Assembly (NCBI GenBank): GCA_016208315.1
Contig: JACQYF010000016.1
Location: 648-64,647, forward strand
DNA from: Chloroflexota bacterium
Lineage (GTDB): Bacteria; Chloroflexota; Anaerolineae; UBA4142
DNA: 64,000 nt
Direction of reading: 5' to 3'
A model generated the notes under the pieces. It saw only the letters and a list, made by a program, of their open reading frames with translations, had not been told where the DNA came from and ran no database searches. Below are positions 43,655 to 52,932 of the stretch, one piece after another. Positions within the stretch are counted from its first letter, which is position 1. The number at the start of each line of letters is the position of its first letter. A program made the position numbers and the translations under genes.

Positions 43655-44892
43655 CGATCTGCGCCTAGCAAACCCACCAAATGCGCTGCATCTATGGCTT
43701 CCTGCTCCAACTTGCCGTCTGACTCCAGCAAGTGCTGAATCAGCTCGGTACAGTCCGCCAATTGAGGATGAGTTTGGAGTCGTTCGAGCGCGGCGCGCTC
43801 GTGAGTATTCAGCGGTTGCGCGTGCGCGCAAAACTGCTGGAATGTCGCGACGTCCATAGCCAACGGTGCGACACGGCCCAACTTGCTACGCAGATGAGCG
43901 AGGATCAGCAATCCGCCCGCGTCAAGGTCGCCCCAGTGCATAAACGGCGCCTCGGGTCGAGCGGCGCGGATGCTCTGTAACAGCGCGATCACGGCGGGAC
44001 TCGCGAACCCACCCGTAAAAACCGCCAGGACTGAAGCAGGGCGAACGGAGGCGAACTCGCTAAAGCTCGTGGCGTTTTCGATGGCGACGACCACCGCCGC
44101 CGCGCACCTCGCGACCGTGGACGATTGCAGGGTGGTCGCGGGTATTGCCACGCTTGGCGAAAAGGGCGTAAGGTCGAACTGCGACCCTGATCTCTGCAAA
44201 ACTAGCGGGCCCGCAATCGGCACGTACTCGGGCACGCGTTCCAACTGATGCGCGTGCAACAGCGCCCACTCGTCGTCGCCATAATCGGCGGCATCCGGCG
44301 CGTGGCGGCGCAGGACGACGAGGATCGCGCGGCGCAAATCCTGCAATCGCTTGCTATCGTCAAACAACTGCACGCTCAATTTGCGCTCCAGGATGGGCCC
44401 GCGCAGGTCGGCGACAGCGGCCAGCGCGCGCAGCAGCTCTAGATTTTGTTGCGGTTCGTCGAGATCGAGCGGCGCGACGGAACGGTGGGCGTCAAGCTGC
44501 TGATTTGCCCACGCGAGGGAATCGGCGTGCCAACCGACGCGCGGCGTCTGCGCGGCGAGCAGCTCGCGCAGCGCCGATTCACGCGCATTCAGTGGCGTGC
44601 GATCCAGGAGCGCAAAAGCCGCCGCGGCGCTCTCCGGCACAAGGTCAACCGCGTCCAGCCAATTATCCTCTTGCCACCGGAGCCAATGGAGTTTGACCAG
44701 TCCCTGCTCGGCGAGGCGACCGAGCGCGGCATTGGACTCGCGGCGGGGCGTGCTGTCGCTTGGCGAAAAGTACGCGGCGTGTTCTTTTTCGTTCAAGCGC
44801 ACGCGCACGACGCGCTGCCGCCCCGGCTGCTCGTAACGATCCAGCAGACTTGCCAGCACGGCGCGCGCGGTGGGAGTTAGATCAGGCTTCAT
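43651..44892 (-). CDS. jetD: Wadjet JetD (Toprim/topo-VI-like nuclease subunit)
   Basis: 413 aa, last gene of the four-gene set. Toprim-like acidic motif HWGDLDAGGL. Overlaps jetC by 11 nt. Confidence 0.8.
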   Translation of the reverse strand: MKPDLTPTARAVLASLLDRYEQPGRQRVVRVRLNEKEHAAYFSPSDSTPRRESNAALGRLAEQGLVKLHWLRWQEDNWLDAVDLVPESAAAAFALLDRTPLNARESALRELLAAQTPRVGWHADSLAWANQQLDAHRSVAPLDLDEPQQNLELLRALAAVADLRGPILERKLSVQLFDDSKRLQDLRRAILVVLRRHAPDAADYGDDEWALLHAHQLERVPEYVPIAGPLVLQRSGSQFDLTPFSPSVAIPATTLQSSTVARCAAAVVVAIENATSFSEFASVRPASVLAVFTGGFASPAVIALLQSIRAARPEAPFMHWGDLDAGGLLILAHLRSKLGRVAPLAMDVATFQQFCAHAQPLNTHERAALERLQTHPQLADCTELIQHLLESDGKLEQEAIDAAHLVGLLGADR

Positions 44893-47800
44893 TCAGCGCC
44901 TCGAGCTTCGCCGCATAGACGCGGTACGGTTCCATGATGACGTGATCGCTCGCGGCCGTCAGGACGTAGGTCGTGCTGACTTGCGGCGCGAGGTACTCGC
45001 AGCGTTCGAGCGGCGTGGCCGTGATGATTTGCACGTTAAAGCGCTGGAACAATTCCAGCGTCGAGGCGATGCGCCCCTGATCCATTTTGGAAAACGCCTC
45101 GTCAAACGCGACGAGCCGGATCGTCGGACGGCCGCTGCGCTCGTTGATGCGGTAGAGTTGCACGAACGACGCGGCGATGGTCAGGTAGAACGGCGTCTGT
45201 GTCTCGCCGCCTGACGTTTGGTCCATGATCTTGCTCCAGCGCGAGGTCTGCCCGTCGGGGTGCGTCACCTCGATGTCGTATTCGAGATAGCTGCGGTAAT
45301 CGGCGAGCCGTTCCTGTGCGGCGCGCTCTTCGTCCGAGAGCGGCACGCGCGTCAACTGCTCGTAGAACCGGTCGAACGCGGCTTGGTGCGCGTGATAGAA
45401 TTCGCTCTCGAACAGCGGCCCCGTGCCCAAGAGTTGGGCGTTGTTGATCAGTTCGTAGAATTCGTGAACGGCCTCCGCCGCTTTGTATTTAAAGCGATAC
45501 TTTTCGCCGTGAAAGTCAATCCCGCTCAACGCGGCATTGATCTGATCGAGTTTCTGCTTGGCGAGCTGAATCTGCTCGCGCAGACGGTGCAAGACGTGCT
45601 CGCGCAGTTCTTCATCCGCCTCGCGCCGCGCCTGTTCGATTTCCGCTTTGTAGCGCGGCAGATCGGTCGCGCTCAAACGCGCGTGTTCGGCGGCGTACCG
45701 CTCGTCGTCCGGCTGGTCGGGCCGCGCGGCGAAACTGTAACGCGTATTGTACGCGGTCCCGTCCTGAATCAACTGATCCAATTCGTTATTGGACCGCGTT
45801 GCGAAATTGTGCGCCGTGCTATCCGAATTGCGAATCGCGGTCGTCAGGTCTTGGTCCAACCGCTCGGCGACTAGTTCCTCTGCCGCCGGAATCGCGCTTG
45901 CATATTGCGACCGCTTTTGTTCGGCATCCTGTTTGCGCTCGTCCCATTCCCGTTGCGCCGAAACTCGCCCGTTTTCAAATCCGCGCTTTTCCGATTCCCA
46001 TGTCGCGATCTGGCGCGTCCAGTTCCTTTCCGTTTCCTCTTCTTTTTTGACGATCCCTTCCAAGCGCCGGACCTCACGATCGAGCTGCTCGACGCGGCTA
46101 AAATCGAGCGCGCGCAACTCGGCGTGCCATTCCTGGATCTGGGCGCGCAGCGGTCGGTCGTCGAGCGGCAGTTCGAGCCGCTGGCGAACGTTCGATAGCT
46201 CGCGCCCGCGCTTGAATTTTTCGATTTGCCCGCGCACGGTTTCGACGGGCGGCACGCGCGCGGCCAATTCCGCGCGCACGCTCTCCAATTCTTTTTCACG
46301 CAATGCGACCTGCGATGCCTGCGCGCGTTCGCCGATGAACCAGGGTTGATACTGGTGCGGCGGGATGGCGCGGACGGTCCACTCGCCGTAGACGACCACC
46401 TCGGGCGTGACGGCGTGGCGATGCTGCCGCAATTCGCCGACCGTTTCGCAGGTGATGATGTCGCCGAGCACCGTGTCAATGTAACCGCGCAGTTCGGGCG
46501 GCGCGACCACTTGGCGGGCGAGCGACCGTTCGCGCGCGGGGCGCGCCTCGCTCTGCGCTTTGGCGAGATCGAGCAAGCGCGCGTCGTACAATTTCTCTTC
46601 GGCGCGGGCGCGGTCGAGGATGACGAGCGCGGCATCGAAATGCTGCGGCGGGACGATGATCGTAAAGCGGCGCGGCCCGAGCAGCGCCTCGACGGCATTC
46701 TGCCAGCGCGCCTCGGGGATTTCGAGTTTCTCGCACAAGAGCGGCGGGCGTTCGCCGGCGAGCGGCGTGAGCAAGTCGCGCAGCCGTTCGACCTCTTTGG
46801 GATAGAGGCGGCGCTGGCGGCGGAGTTGCTCCAATTCTTGCTCCAGCGCATCGCCGCGTTCCTTTAATTCTTGGATGCGCTGTTTCAGCCGAAACTCTTC
46901 CTCTTGGGCCCGCGTCAGGCCCGCGTCTAGGACCTCGACCGCTTGACCGATTAACGGCGCGAGCGAATCGGACGGCGGCTCGTCGGCGGCTAGCGCGGCG
47001 ACTGCGGCCAGCAGCGCGCGCAGCGATTCTCTGTCGTCGAGGTACGCCGAATCGAGGAGGGACGCCAGCGTGTCGCCTTCACGGGTGAGGTCGCGCCGCA
47101 AGGCGTCCCACCGCGCGCGAATCTCGTTGGCCTGGGCGGTCGCCTTGCCGATCGCGTCTTGGAGTTCGTTGCGCCGCCGCATCACGTCGGATTGACGGAG
47201 CTGAAAACGCGCTTCGTCTAAATCGGCGCGCGTCCCCTTGAGCACGGCCGCGACCTGGTCTTGCTCGCGCAGGCCCTGCTCGATTTTCTGCGCGCGCTGC
47301 GCGATCTCCTCGTCCAGGCGCGCGATCTCGCGTTCGCTCTCGACGACGCGCAGCGATGCGGCGAGAAGGGTGTACGCGGCAAAAAGGTCGCGCAGGCGGC
47401 GCACCTCGTTCTGACGGGTGGTGATCGTCTGCAGCTCCGCGAGCCGCTGCTCCACGTCCTCGCGGGCGCGGTTCAGATCGTTGATGCGCTCTTTGATGTT
47501 TTGCAGCACCGCGACGTCGAGGGGGCGCGCTGGGAGCAGCCAGCGTTCGACAAAATCGGGCACGTTGCGAATGGGTTGGAACGTGAGCGCGCGGAGAAAT
47601 AGGTCGAAGAAACGGTCGCTCAGTCCGCCCAGCCGGTTCAGCATCTCGTCGCGATACTCGCCAATTTGATCAAAGGCGCGCGCGCCGCGGCGCTGGCGCA
47701 GGGCCTGCTTGAGTTCGCGCCGCGGCAGCGCACGACCTTCGGCGATCAACAGGCGGTCGTCCAGCGGCTCGGGCAAAATGAAATAGGTGCGCTCGGGCGT

Positions 47801-48148
47801 CCTGCCTTCGCCCGCCTCGATGCACACGCCGAGCGTGACCGCGTCGCGGGTGTCCTCGTCGCAAAATTCGAGCGCGAGGTACGCCACGGTGTTGCCGGGC
47901 CGCAGCCAACGGCTCTCGCCGACTTTGCCGCGCACGTACGTGTCGAGCGAGCGCGTGGAACGGTCTTGGGCCGAACTGTTGAAATGAATCTGAGACAAGT
48001 CCGCGACCAACACCAGTTGCAGCGCGTCGAGAATCGAAGACTTGCCCGACCCGTTGTGCCCGGTCAGGTACAGACTGTCCTCGACGTCAATCATGTTGTG
48101 GTGAAAGCGATGCCAGTTGTGGAGCAGGATGCGAGTTAGGGAGAGCAT
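44882..48148 (-). CDS. jetC: Wadjet JetC (MksB/SMC-like ATPase)
   Basis: 1088 aa. Walker A GHNGSGKSS at the N-terminus, a long coiled-coil middle, and Walker B LVAFDEAFSKMD near the C-terminus. Confidence 0.85.
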   Translation of the reverse strand: MLSLTRILLHNWHRFHHNMIDVEDSLYLTGHNGSGKSSILDALQLVLVADLSQIHFNSSAQDRSTRSLDTYVRGKVGESRWLRPGNTVAYLALEFCDEDTRDAVTLGVCIEAGEGRTPERTYFILPEPLDDRLLIAEGRALPRRELKQALRQRRGARAFDQIGEYRDEMLNRLGGLSDRFFDLFLRALTFQPIRNVPDFVERWLLPARPLDVAVLQNIKERINDLNRAREDVEQRLAELQTITTRQNEVRRLRDLFAAYTLLAASLRVVESEREIARLDEEIAQRAQKIEQGLREQDQVAAVLKGTRADLDEARFQLRQSDVMRRRNELQDAIGKATAQANEIRARWDALRRDLTREGDTLASLLDSAYLDDRESLRALLAAVAALAADEPPSDSLAPLIGQAVEVLDAGLTRAQEEEFRLKQRIQELKERGDALEQELEQLRRQRRLYPKEVERLRDLLTPLAGERPPLLCEKLEIPEARWQNAVEALLGPRRFTIIVPPQHFDAALVILDRARAEEKLYDARLLDLAKAQSEARPARERSLARQVVAPPELRGYIDTVLGDIITCETVGELRQHRHAVTPEVVVYGEWTVRAIPPHQYQPWFIGERAQASQVALREKELESVRAELAARVPPVETVRGQIEKFKRGRELSNVRQRLELPLDDRPLRAQIQEWHAELRALDFSRVEQLDREVRRLEGIVKKEEETERNWTRQIATWESEKRGFENGRVSAQREWDERKQDAEQKRSQYASAIPAAEELVAERLDQDLTTAIRNSDSTAHNFATRSNNELDQLIQDGTAYNTRYSFAARPDQPDDERYAAEHARLSATDLPRYKAEIEQARREADEELREHVLHRLREQIQLAKQKLDQINAALSGIDFHGEKYRFKYKAAEAVHEFYELINNAQLLGTGPLFESEFYHAHQAAFDRFYEQLTRVPLSDEERAAQERLADYRSYLEYDIEVTHPDGQTSRWSKIMDQTSGGETQTPFYLTIAASFVQLYRINERSGRPTIRLVAFDEAFSKMDQGRIASTLELFQRFNVQIITATPLERCEYLAPQVSTTYVLTAASDHVIMEPYRVYAAKLEALNEA

Positions 48149-48158
48149 AGAGTGCTCC

Positions 48159-48185
48159 GAGTATGGGAGTGTGGGCGTATGGGAG
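48159..48185. repeat. GAGTATGGG(G)AGTGTGGG repeat, copy 1
   Basis: GAGTATGGGAGTGTGGGCGTATGGGAG lies in the jetB-jetC spacer and is related to 56117-56145. Confidence 0.6.
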
Positions 48186-48260
48186 AATTACGCTGCATCA
48201 TTCCGGCAAAGGCGTTAGGCATTCTCATATGCCCCATCATATCACAAACTGGGATTTTGG

Positions 48261-48890
48261 CTATAGCGTGCCCTCACTCGCTGTCTCAGATTCTTCCGAG
48301 GCGCGATTGTACTGCGCCAAGCGTTCTGCAAGCGCGGCGATGTCGCTGGCGGGGACGACGATTTCCAGCGTGGGCAGCAGTTCGATGGACGGCTCGTCGG
48401 CGCTGGCGCGGCGGACGCGGACGAGTTTCAGCGCGGCCAGCGTCCGCAGTGCGTCTTCCAAACTCGTCTTTTTGCGGACGACTTGGCCCGGGAAAAATTC
48501 GGCGTAGCGTTGGACGACCTCGCTCATCGTGACGACCGGATACCGCGTCGGCATCACGACCAGCTTTTCGCGCGATTCGGCGTACATCAGGCGCAGGAGC
48601 AACAGCCAGGTCGTCGTGTCGCGGTTGAGGCGGCGGCGATGCGCGCCCTCGCGATGGGCGACCTGGAAGATGCCGAGCAATTCGTTTTGGCGCAATTCCC
48701 AGCCCGCGACCTGCAAGTAATCTTGAACCAAATCGCGCCGCCGCGCAAGGAACGTATAGATGCGGCGATCGCTTTCATCCTCGCGCCAGATCAAACCGTC
48801 GCTCAACAGACGCCGCACCGCCTCGGCAAATTGCGCCTGCTCGCCGGGAGCGAGTTCCGAGTACGCTTGGGCAAAAGTTGCCAGTGCCAT
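48261..48890 (-). CDS. jetB: Wadjet JetB (MksE-like)
   Basis: 209 aa with an acidic C-terminus. Position and size are correct for jetB. Confidence 0.7.
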   Translation of the reverse strand: MALATFAQAYSELAPGEQAQFAEAVRRLLSDGLIWREDESDRRIYTFLARRRDLVQDYLQVAGWELRQNELLGIFQVAHREGAHRRRLNRDTTTWLLLLRLMYAESREKLVVMPTRYPVVTMSEVVQRYAEFFPGQVVRKKTSLEDALRTLAALKLVRVRRASADEPSIELLPTLEIVVPASDIAALAERLAQYNRASEESETASEGTL

Positions 48891-48907
48891 TCAAACCCCT
48901 TCAATTA

Positions 48908-49005
48908 GGACGCGGATGAACGCGGACCCTGGCACCGCCCGCCAGGGCAGGTGAAACGCGGATAGAAAATGAAAAATCCGCGTTCATCCGCGTTCATCCG
49001 CGTCC
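48908..49005. repeat. Structured repeat spanning the jetA 3' end and the jetA-jetB spacer
   Basis: GGACGCGGATGAACGCGGA (48908-48926) pairs with TCCGCGTTCATCCGCGTTCATCCGCGTCC (48977-49005). The inner hairpin is CCCTGGC...GCCAGGG. Confidence 0.7.
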
Positions 49006-50390
49006 AATTCATGTTTTCTCAACACAAAGCGCCGGAAGCCGATGCCGTTGCGCTCGACCCAGCCCGCGTCGGAATCCATCTCGACGCGATAACCCAACGC
49101 GCCATTGCCGTATTCTTTCAGATAAATCAGCAAGGGCACATCGTCGGCGCCGGCGATGGGGATTTCGTCGCTCGTGATTTCATCGCGGTCCGCGAGCAGC
49201 AGGCGGACGTAGCGGCGCACGCGCTCGCGGCTGACGGCGCGATTCAAGGCGCGCAGCGTTTCCTCCTGGGTCGTCTCCAGTTCTTCCGCGGACAGGAAGG
49301 GGAGCGCGGTCGCTTCGGGCACGAACGGAACGGGCGCGCGGCCGGGCGCGGCGAGGGATTCCGGTTCGACGAAACCGAGATTGAACAGATTCACCAACGG
49401 AGCAATTTCGTCGTCGCGCAACTCGCGCCCCTTGAGCAGCGCCGTCAAAATCGCGTGCAGTTGCCCGCTCGTCGTCGTATGGCTCGCCAATTGCAACTCG
49501 ACCGTGCGAACGGCGGAATCCACAAACTGGCTGTGCCGCGTTTGGATCGCGCTCAACAGGTTATCCAGCTCTTGAAACTGCTCACGGATGACGCGCGCCT
49601 GCTCGACGAGGCGATTCGCCCCCAGGGCGATGCTGGGCGCTTCGCCGCGTTCGTACAGACGCCGCGCCGCGTTTTCGATTTGGCCGGAACGCTCCAACTG
49701 CGTGGTCGCCTCGATAATCCCGGGGCGATAGCGCGAGACGTGATCGGTCGTTTGCAGATGATGATAGACGCGGTCAATGATTTCGGCGTGATAGCTGGAA
49801 AAGATTTGGTCGAGCACGTCGCGCGCCTGGAGCTGGCGCAGGACGCGCTCGATGTGAATGCCGATGTTGTGCTGCAACTCTTTGAGGCCGTTGACGAGGT
49901 GATTCGTCTGGCGGTAGGCCTCGGGCAAGCGAATGTCCACGTTGCCGTCGCGTCGGGCGGCTTGCAGCAAATCGTGGATCGCGCAGATCAAGCCCTGAAG
50001 CGGCAGCGCCTGGTTCGCCGCAATCTCGTCGAAAGTTCGCAGCAGACGAAAAGCGTAATCGGGCAAGATATACGTTTGGGTGAAATCGCTTTGCGTTTCG
50101 CTGCGGAGCCAACCGCGGCGCGTGAGATACCGCAGGATCGCGCTGGCGCGCGCCTGCGTCTCGCTGCCCTCGTCGCTCATATCGTCCTGCGCGTCTTGGG
50201 TGAGATTCAACGCTTCGGGGTTGGAGATGAGCGTGGTGATGTGGTGGATCGCCGAATCGCGCGAGAGGGCTTGGTGATGTCGCTGGGTTTCGTCGAATAG
50301 CTTGAGGAGGATCGCGGCATAGATCGCCGCGCCGGGAGCGGCAAACGGATGGAATAATTCTGCCGGCAATATCTGAAACAACCGAGACAT
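48984..50390 (-). CDS. jetA: Wadjet JetA (MksF/kleisin-like)
   Basis: 468 aa, first gene of the set, with RBS GGAAGGA. The call rests on operon architecture and size. Confidence 0.7.
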   Translation of the reverse strand: MSRLFQILPAELFHPFAAPGAAIYAAILLKLFDETQRHHQALSRDSAIHHITTLISNPEALNLTQDAQDDMSDEGSETQARASAILRYLTRRGWLRSETQSDFTQTYILPDYAFRLLRTFDEIAANQALPLQGLICAIHDLLQAARRDGNVDIRLPEAYRQTNHLVNGLKELQHNIGIHIERVLRQLQARDVLDQIFSSYHAEIIDRVYHHLQTTDHVSRYRPGIIEATTQLERSGQIENAARRLYERGEAPSIALGANRLVEQARVIREQFQELDNLLSAIQTRHSQFVDSAVRTVELQLASHTTTSGQLHAILTALLKGRELRDDEIAPLVNLFNLGFVEPESLAAPGRAPVPFVPEATALPFLSAEELETTQEETLRALNRAVSRERVRRYVRLLLADRDEITSDEIPIAGADDVPLLIYLKEYGNGALGYRVEMDSDAGWVERNGIGFRRFVLRKHELDADERG

Positions 50391-50403
50391 TTATTCCTTC
50401 CAA

Positions 50404-51699
50404 TCACGACGCGCGCAGGCCCTGGAACGCGGTCTGCGCTCCGTCTATCGTATCGGCGATATCTTGATCGCTATGGGCCAGCGAGACGAACGCGGCCTCG
50501 AATTGGGAGGGTGGAAGATAAACCCGGTTCGTGAGCATAGCCCGAAAGTATCGCGCGAAGAGATCCGTGTCCGACTGCGTTGCGCTATCATAGTCTGCCA
50601 CGGTCCCACGATTAAAGAACAAGGTCAGCATCGAACCAACTCTGTTGACGCTGACTGGGATAGCCACCTGGCGCGCGGCGTCACGTAGGCCCTGTTCGAG
50701 CAGTGCGCTGCGCCTTTCGAGTTCCGCATAGGCGTTGGGTGTATCGGCGATTGCGTCCAAGGTGGCAATGCCGGCGGCCATGGCGAGCGGATTGCCGGAG
50801 AGCGTCCCCGCCTGATAGACCGGCCCGGAGGGCGCCACCAGGTCCATAATCTCTCGGCGCCCGCCATAGGCGCCAACGGGCAAACCGCCGCCCACGATTT
50901 TGCCAAGACAGGTCAAATCCGGAGCAATCCCAAAGAGACCTTGAGCGCCACCCCAGCCGACGCGAAAACCGGTGATAACTTCGTCAAAAATCGCAAGCGC
51001 ACCATGGTGATGCGCGGTGGCTACCAGCCCCTGCAAAAATCCAGGCGCGGGCGGGACGACGCCCATATTCCCCGCGACCGGCTCGACCACAATCGCCGCG
51101 ATCTCTTCGGGCCGGACATGAAAGGCCTGCTCCACGGCCTGGAGATTGTTGTATGGAACGACGAGGGTTGTCGCCGCGATGTCCGAGGGCACTCCCGCGC
51201 TGTCGGACAGCGCCAGCGTGGCGATGCCGGACCCGGCGCGGGCCAGCAAGAAATCGGCGTGTCCGTGGTATCCGCCGGCGAATTTCAGCACTTTTGAGCG
51301 GCGGGTAAAGGCGCGGGCGAGCCGGAGCGCGCTCATCGTCGCTTCGGTCCCCGAACTGACAAAGCGCATCCGCTCCATCGAAGGGAACGCGCCGGTGATG
51401 CGCTGCGCCAACTCGATTTCCGGCTCGCAGGGCGCGCCGTAACTGGCGCCGCGCATAGCGGCCGCCTGAATCGCCGCGACGACGCGCGGATGACTGTGCC
51501 CCAGAATCAGGGGCCCCCACGAACCGACATAGTCGAGGTACTCGTTTCCATCCACATCTACGATCTTGGCCCCCGCGCCGCGCGCGATAAAAACGGGTTC
51601 GCCGCCGACGCTGTGCCAGGCGCGCACGGGACTATTCACCCCACCCGGGAAAAATTCTTGCGCCCGCGCAAAAAGCTGCTGCGAACGTCGAGTGCTCAT
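50404..51699 (-). CDS. hemL: Glutamate-1-semialdehyde 2,1-aminomutase
   Basis: 431 aa. Motifs GGVNSPVRAW, GSWGPLILGH, FDEVITGFR and LGKIVGGGLP (PLP Lys). Confidence 0.95.
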   Translation of the reverse strand: MSTRRSQQLFARAQEFFPGGVNSPVRAWHSVGGEPVFIARGAGAKIVDVDGNEYLDYVGSWGPLILGHSHPRVVAAIQAAAMRGASYGAPCEPEIELAQRITGAFPSMERMRFVSSGTEATMSALRLARAFTRRSKVLKFAGGYHGHADFLLARAGSGIATLALSDSAGVPSDIAATTLVVPYNNLQAVEQAFHVRPEEIAAIVVEPVAGNMGVVPPAPGFLQGLVATAHHHGALAIFDEVITGFRVGWGGAQGLFGIAPDLTCLGKIVGGGLPVGAYGGRREIMDLVAPSGPVYQAGTLSGNPLAMAAGIATLDAIADTPNAYAELERRSALLEQGLRDAARQVAIPVSVNRVGSMLTLFFNRGTVADYDSATQSDTDLFARYFRAMLTNRVYLPPSQFEAAFVSLAHSDQDIADTIDGAQTAFQGLRAS

Positions 51700-51806
51700 G
51701 TCGCCTCCGCGGGTCCCGATCTATAGGTCGCCAGAATACCGGCTGGCTGGATGAATTCAAACCGTTGCATCGCGTGCTCCTTCCACTTGCGCTGACATCG
51801 TCTTGG

Positions 51807-52853
51807 CTAGCGTTTCGCGGGCGCGCAGTTCGGGCAGTGTAATTCACCCTGGCGATGGATTCGCAATTCGAACGTGGGCTGCCGGCAATTCGGACAGACG
51901 AGCGCGTCCGTTTTCTCGACGAGCGGATCCCAGGTCAAGGTGAGTGTGGCGGGACGAACGGTGGGGAACGGCTTGGCGGTCACCCGGGTGTGGATGAAGA
52001 GGCGCGGAATCTTGACGTGCAGGAGATTGACCAAGCGGAGTTGAACGCGCACTTGCGCCTTGCGCGCCAGCTCGTCCAGCCGCAGTGCCTCTTCGCGATT
52101 CAGAGCGTCTTGCCGCAAGGCAAGCGATGCGGTCTCGTCGCCGCGGGCCCGCGCCTTTTCGATGCGCTCCGCGAGTTCGGCGCGCACATCCGCATAATAG
52201 CGCTGCATGCGCTCCGTCTGTTCGACGAGCCGCTGTTGGATCTCTTGCTGCCGCGTGTGGACTTGGGCGCGCGCGGTGCGAACGACGGCCTCGCGGGCCG
52301 CGAGGTACGCTCGGTCGAGCGGCAGCGATGCGGCATCGGCGAAGGCCCAGCGGCGCGTCTCGCTCAAACGCTCGCCGTCGAGCAGCGCATCCAGGTATCG
52401 CACCTCGCGCCCATAATAGCGATCCACGGCCAGCGGATACAACGCCTGTTCCTTCTCATCGCTCAGATACGTGACCTCAAACCAAAAGAGCGAGTGCGTG
52501 ACGTAGAGCGGACGCATCGTTTCGATGCGCAGAGTCACCGCATCCGGCAAGGCCAGGTCGTGCGTAACGCGTTGCGCCAGCGCATGCGGCGCAAGATGGG
52601 CATCGTCCAGGAACGCCCAGCCGATGCGCCCGCGCGCTTGGGCGCGCGCGAGCAGCTCGTCGAGCAGTGCGCTGCCAAAGGTGAGCAACTGCGCCGACGG
52701 ATGTTCGGGCAACGCATCGGGATCGAACGCGAGCCGCTGCGGCGCGTCCGCATCTGGCAGCAGCACGTCGTACACCTGTGGCTCGATTTCATCCGCCAAA
52801 CCGCCCACCGTATCCACGTATTCGATTAAAAAGTCTTCAAGAGGGTCAGGCAT
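51807..52853 (-). CDS. Hypothetical SNF2-partner protein with a coiled-coil and a C-terminal zinc ribbon
   Basis: 348 aa. The Arg/Glu-rich helical segment is roughly aa 185-260. It ends with CPNC-x16-CPNC. Confidence 0.6.
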   Translation of the reverse strand: MPDPLEDFLIEYVDTVGGLADEIEPQVYDVLLPDADAPQRLAFDPDALPEHPSAQLLTFGSALLDELLARAQARGRIGWAFLDDAHLAPHALAQRVTHDLALPDAVTLRIETMRPLYVTHSLFWFEVTYLSDEKEQALYPLAVDRYYGREVRYLDALLDGERLSETRRWAFADAASLPLDRAYLAAREAVVRTARAQVHTRQQEIQQRLVEQTERMQRYYADVRAELAERIEKARARGDETASLALRQDALNREEALRLDELARKAQVRVQLRLVNLLHVKIPRLFIHTRVTAKPFPTVRPATLTLTWDPLVEKTDALVCPNCRQPTFELRIHRQGELHCPNCAPAKR

Positions 52854-52862
52854 TTTTTGTTC

Positions 52863-52932
52863 AGGTGGTTAGGTGGTTCGGTGGTTAGGTGGTTCGCCCT
52901 AACCACCCGACCACCCAACCACCTAACCACCT
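52863..52932. repeat. Imperfect palindrome built from GGTGGTT(A/C) octamers
   Basis: AGGTGGTTAGGTGGTTCGGTGGTTAGGTGGTTCG / CTAACCACCCGACCACCCAACCACCTAACCACCT. It fills the SNF2-partner spacer and includes the SNF2 stop. Confidence 0.75.

Noticed and set aside
45871-46851. 326-aa ORF in an alternative frame inside jetC, and several plus-strand ORFs across jetC/jetA
   Set aside because: They have extreme Arg/Ser/Ala composition and are fully embedded in the SMC-like gene, whose frame carries Walker A/B motifs and coiled-coil heptads.
50404-51699. hemL as a component of the Wadjet or SNF2 modules
   Set aside because: It is a full-length canonical glutamate-1-semialdehyde aminomutase with the PLP lysine motif. 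Its position is best explained as a housekeeping gene flanked by accessory insertions.
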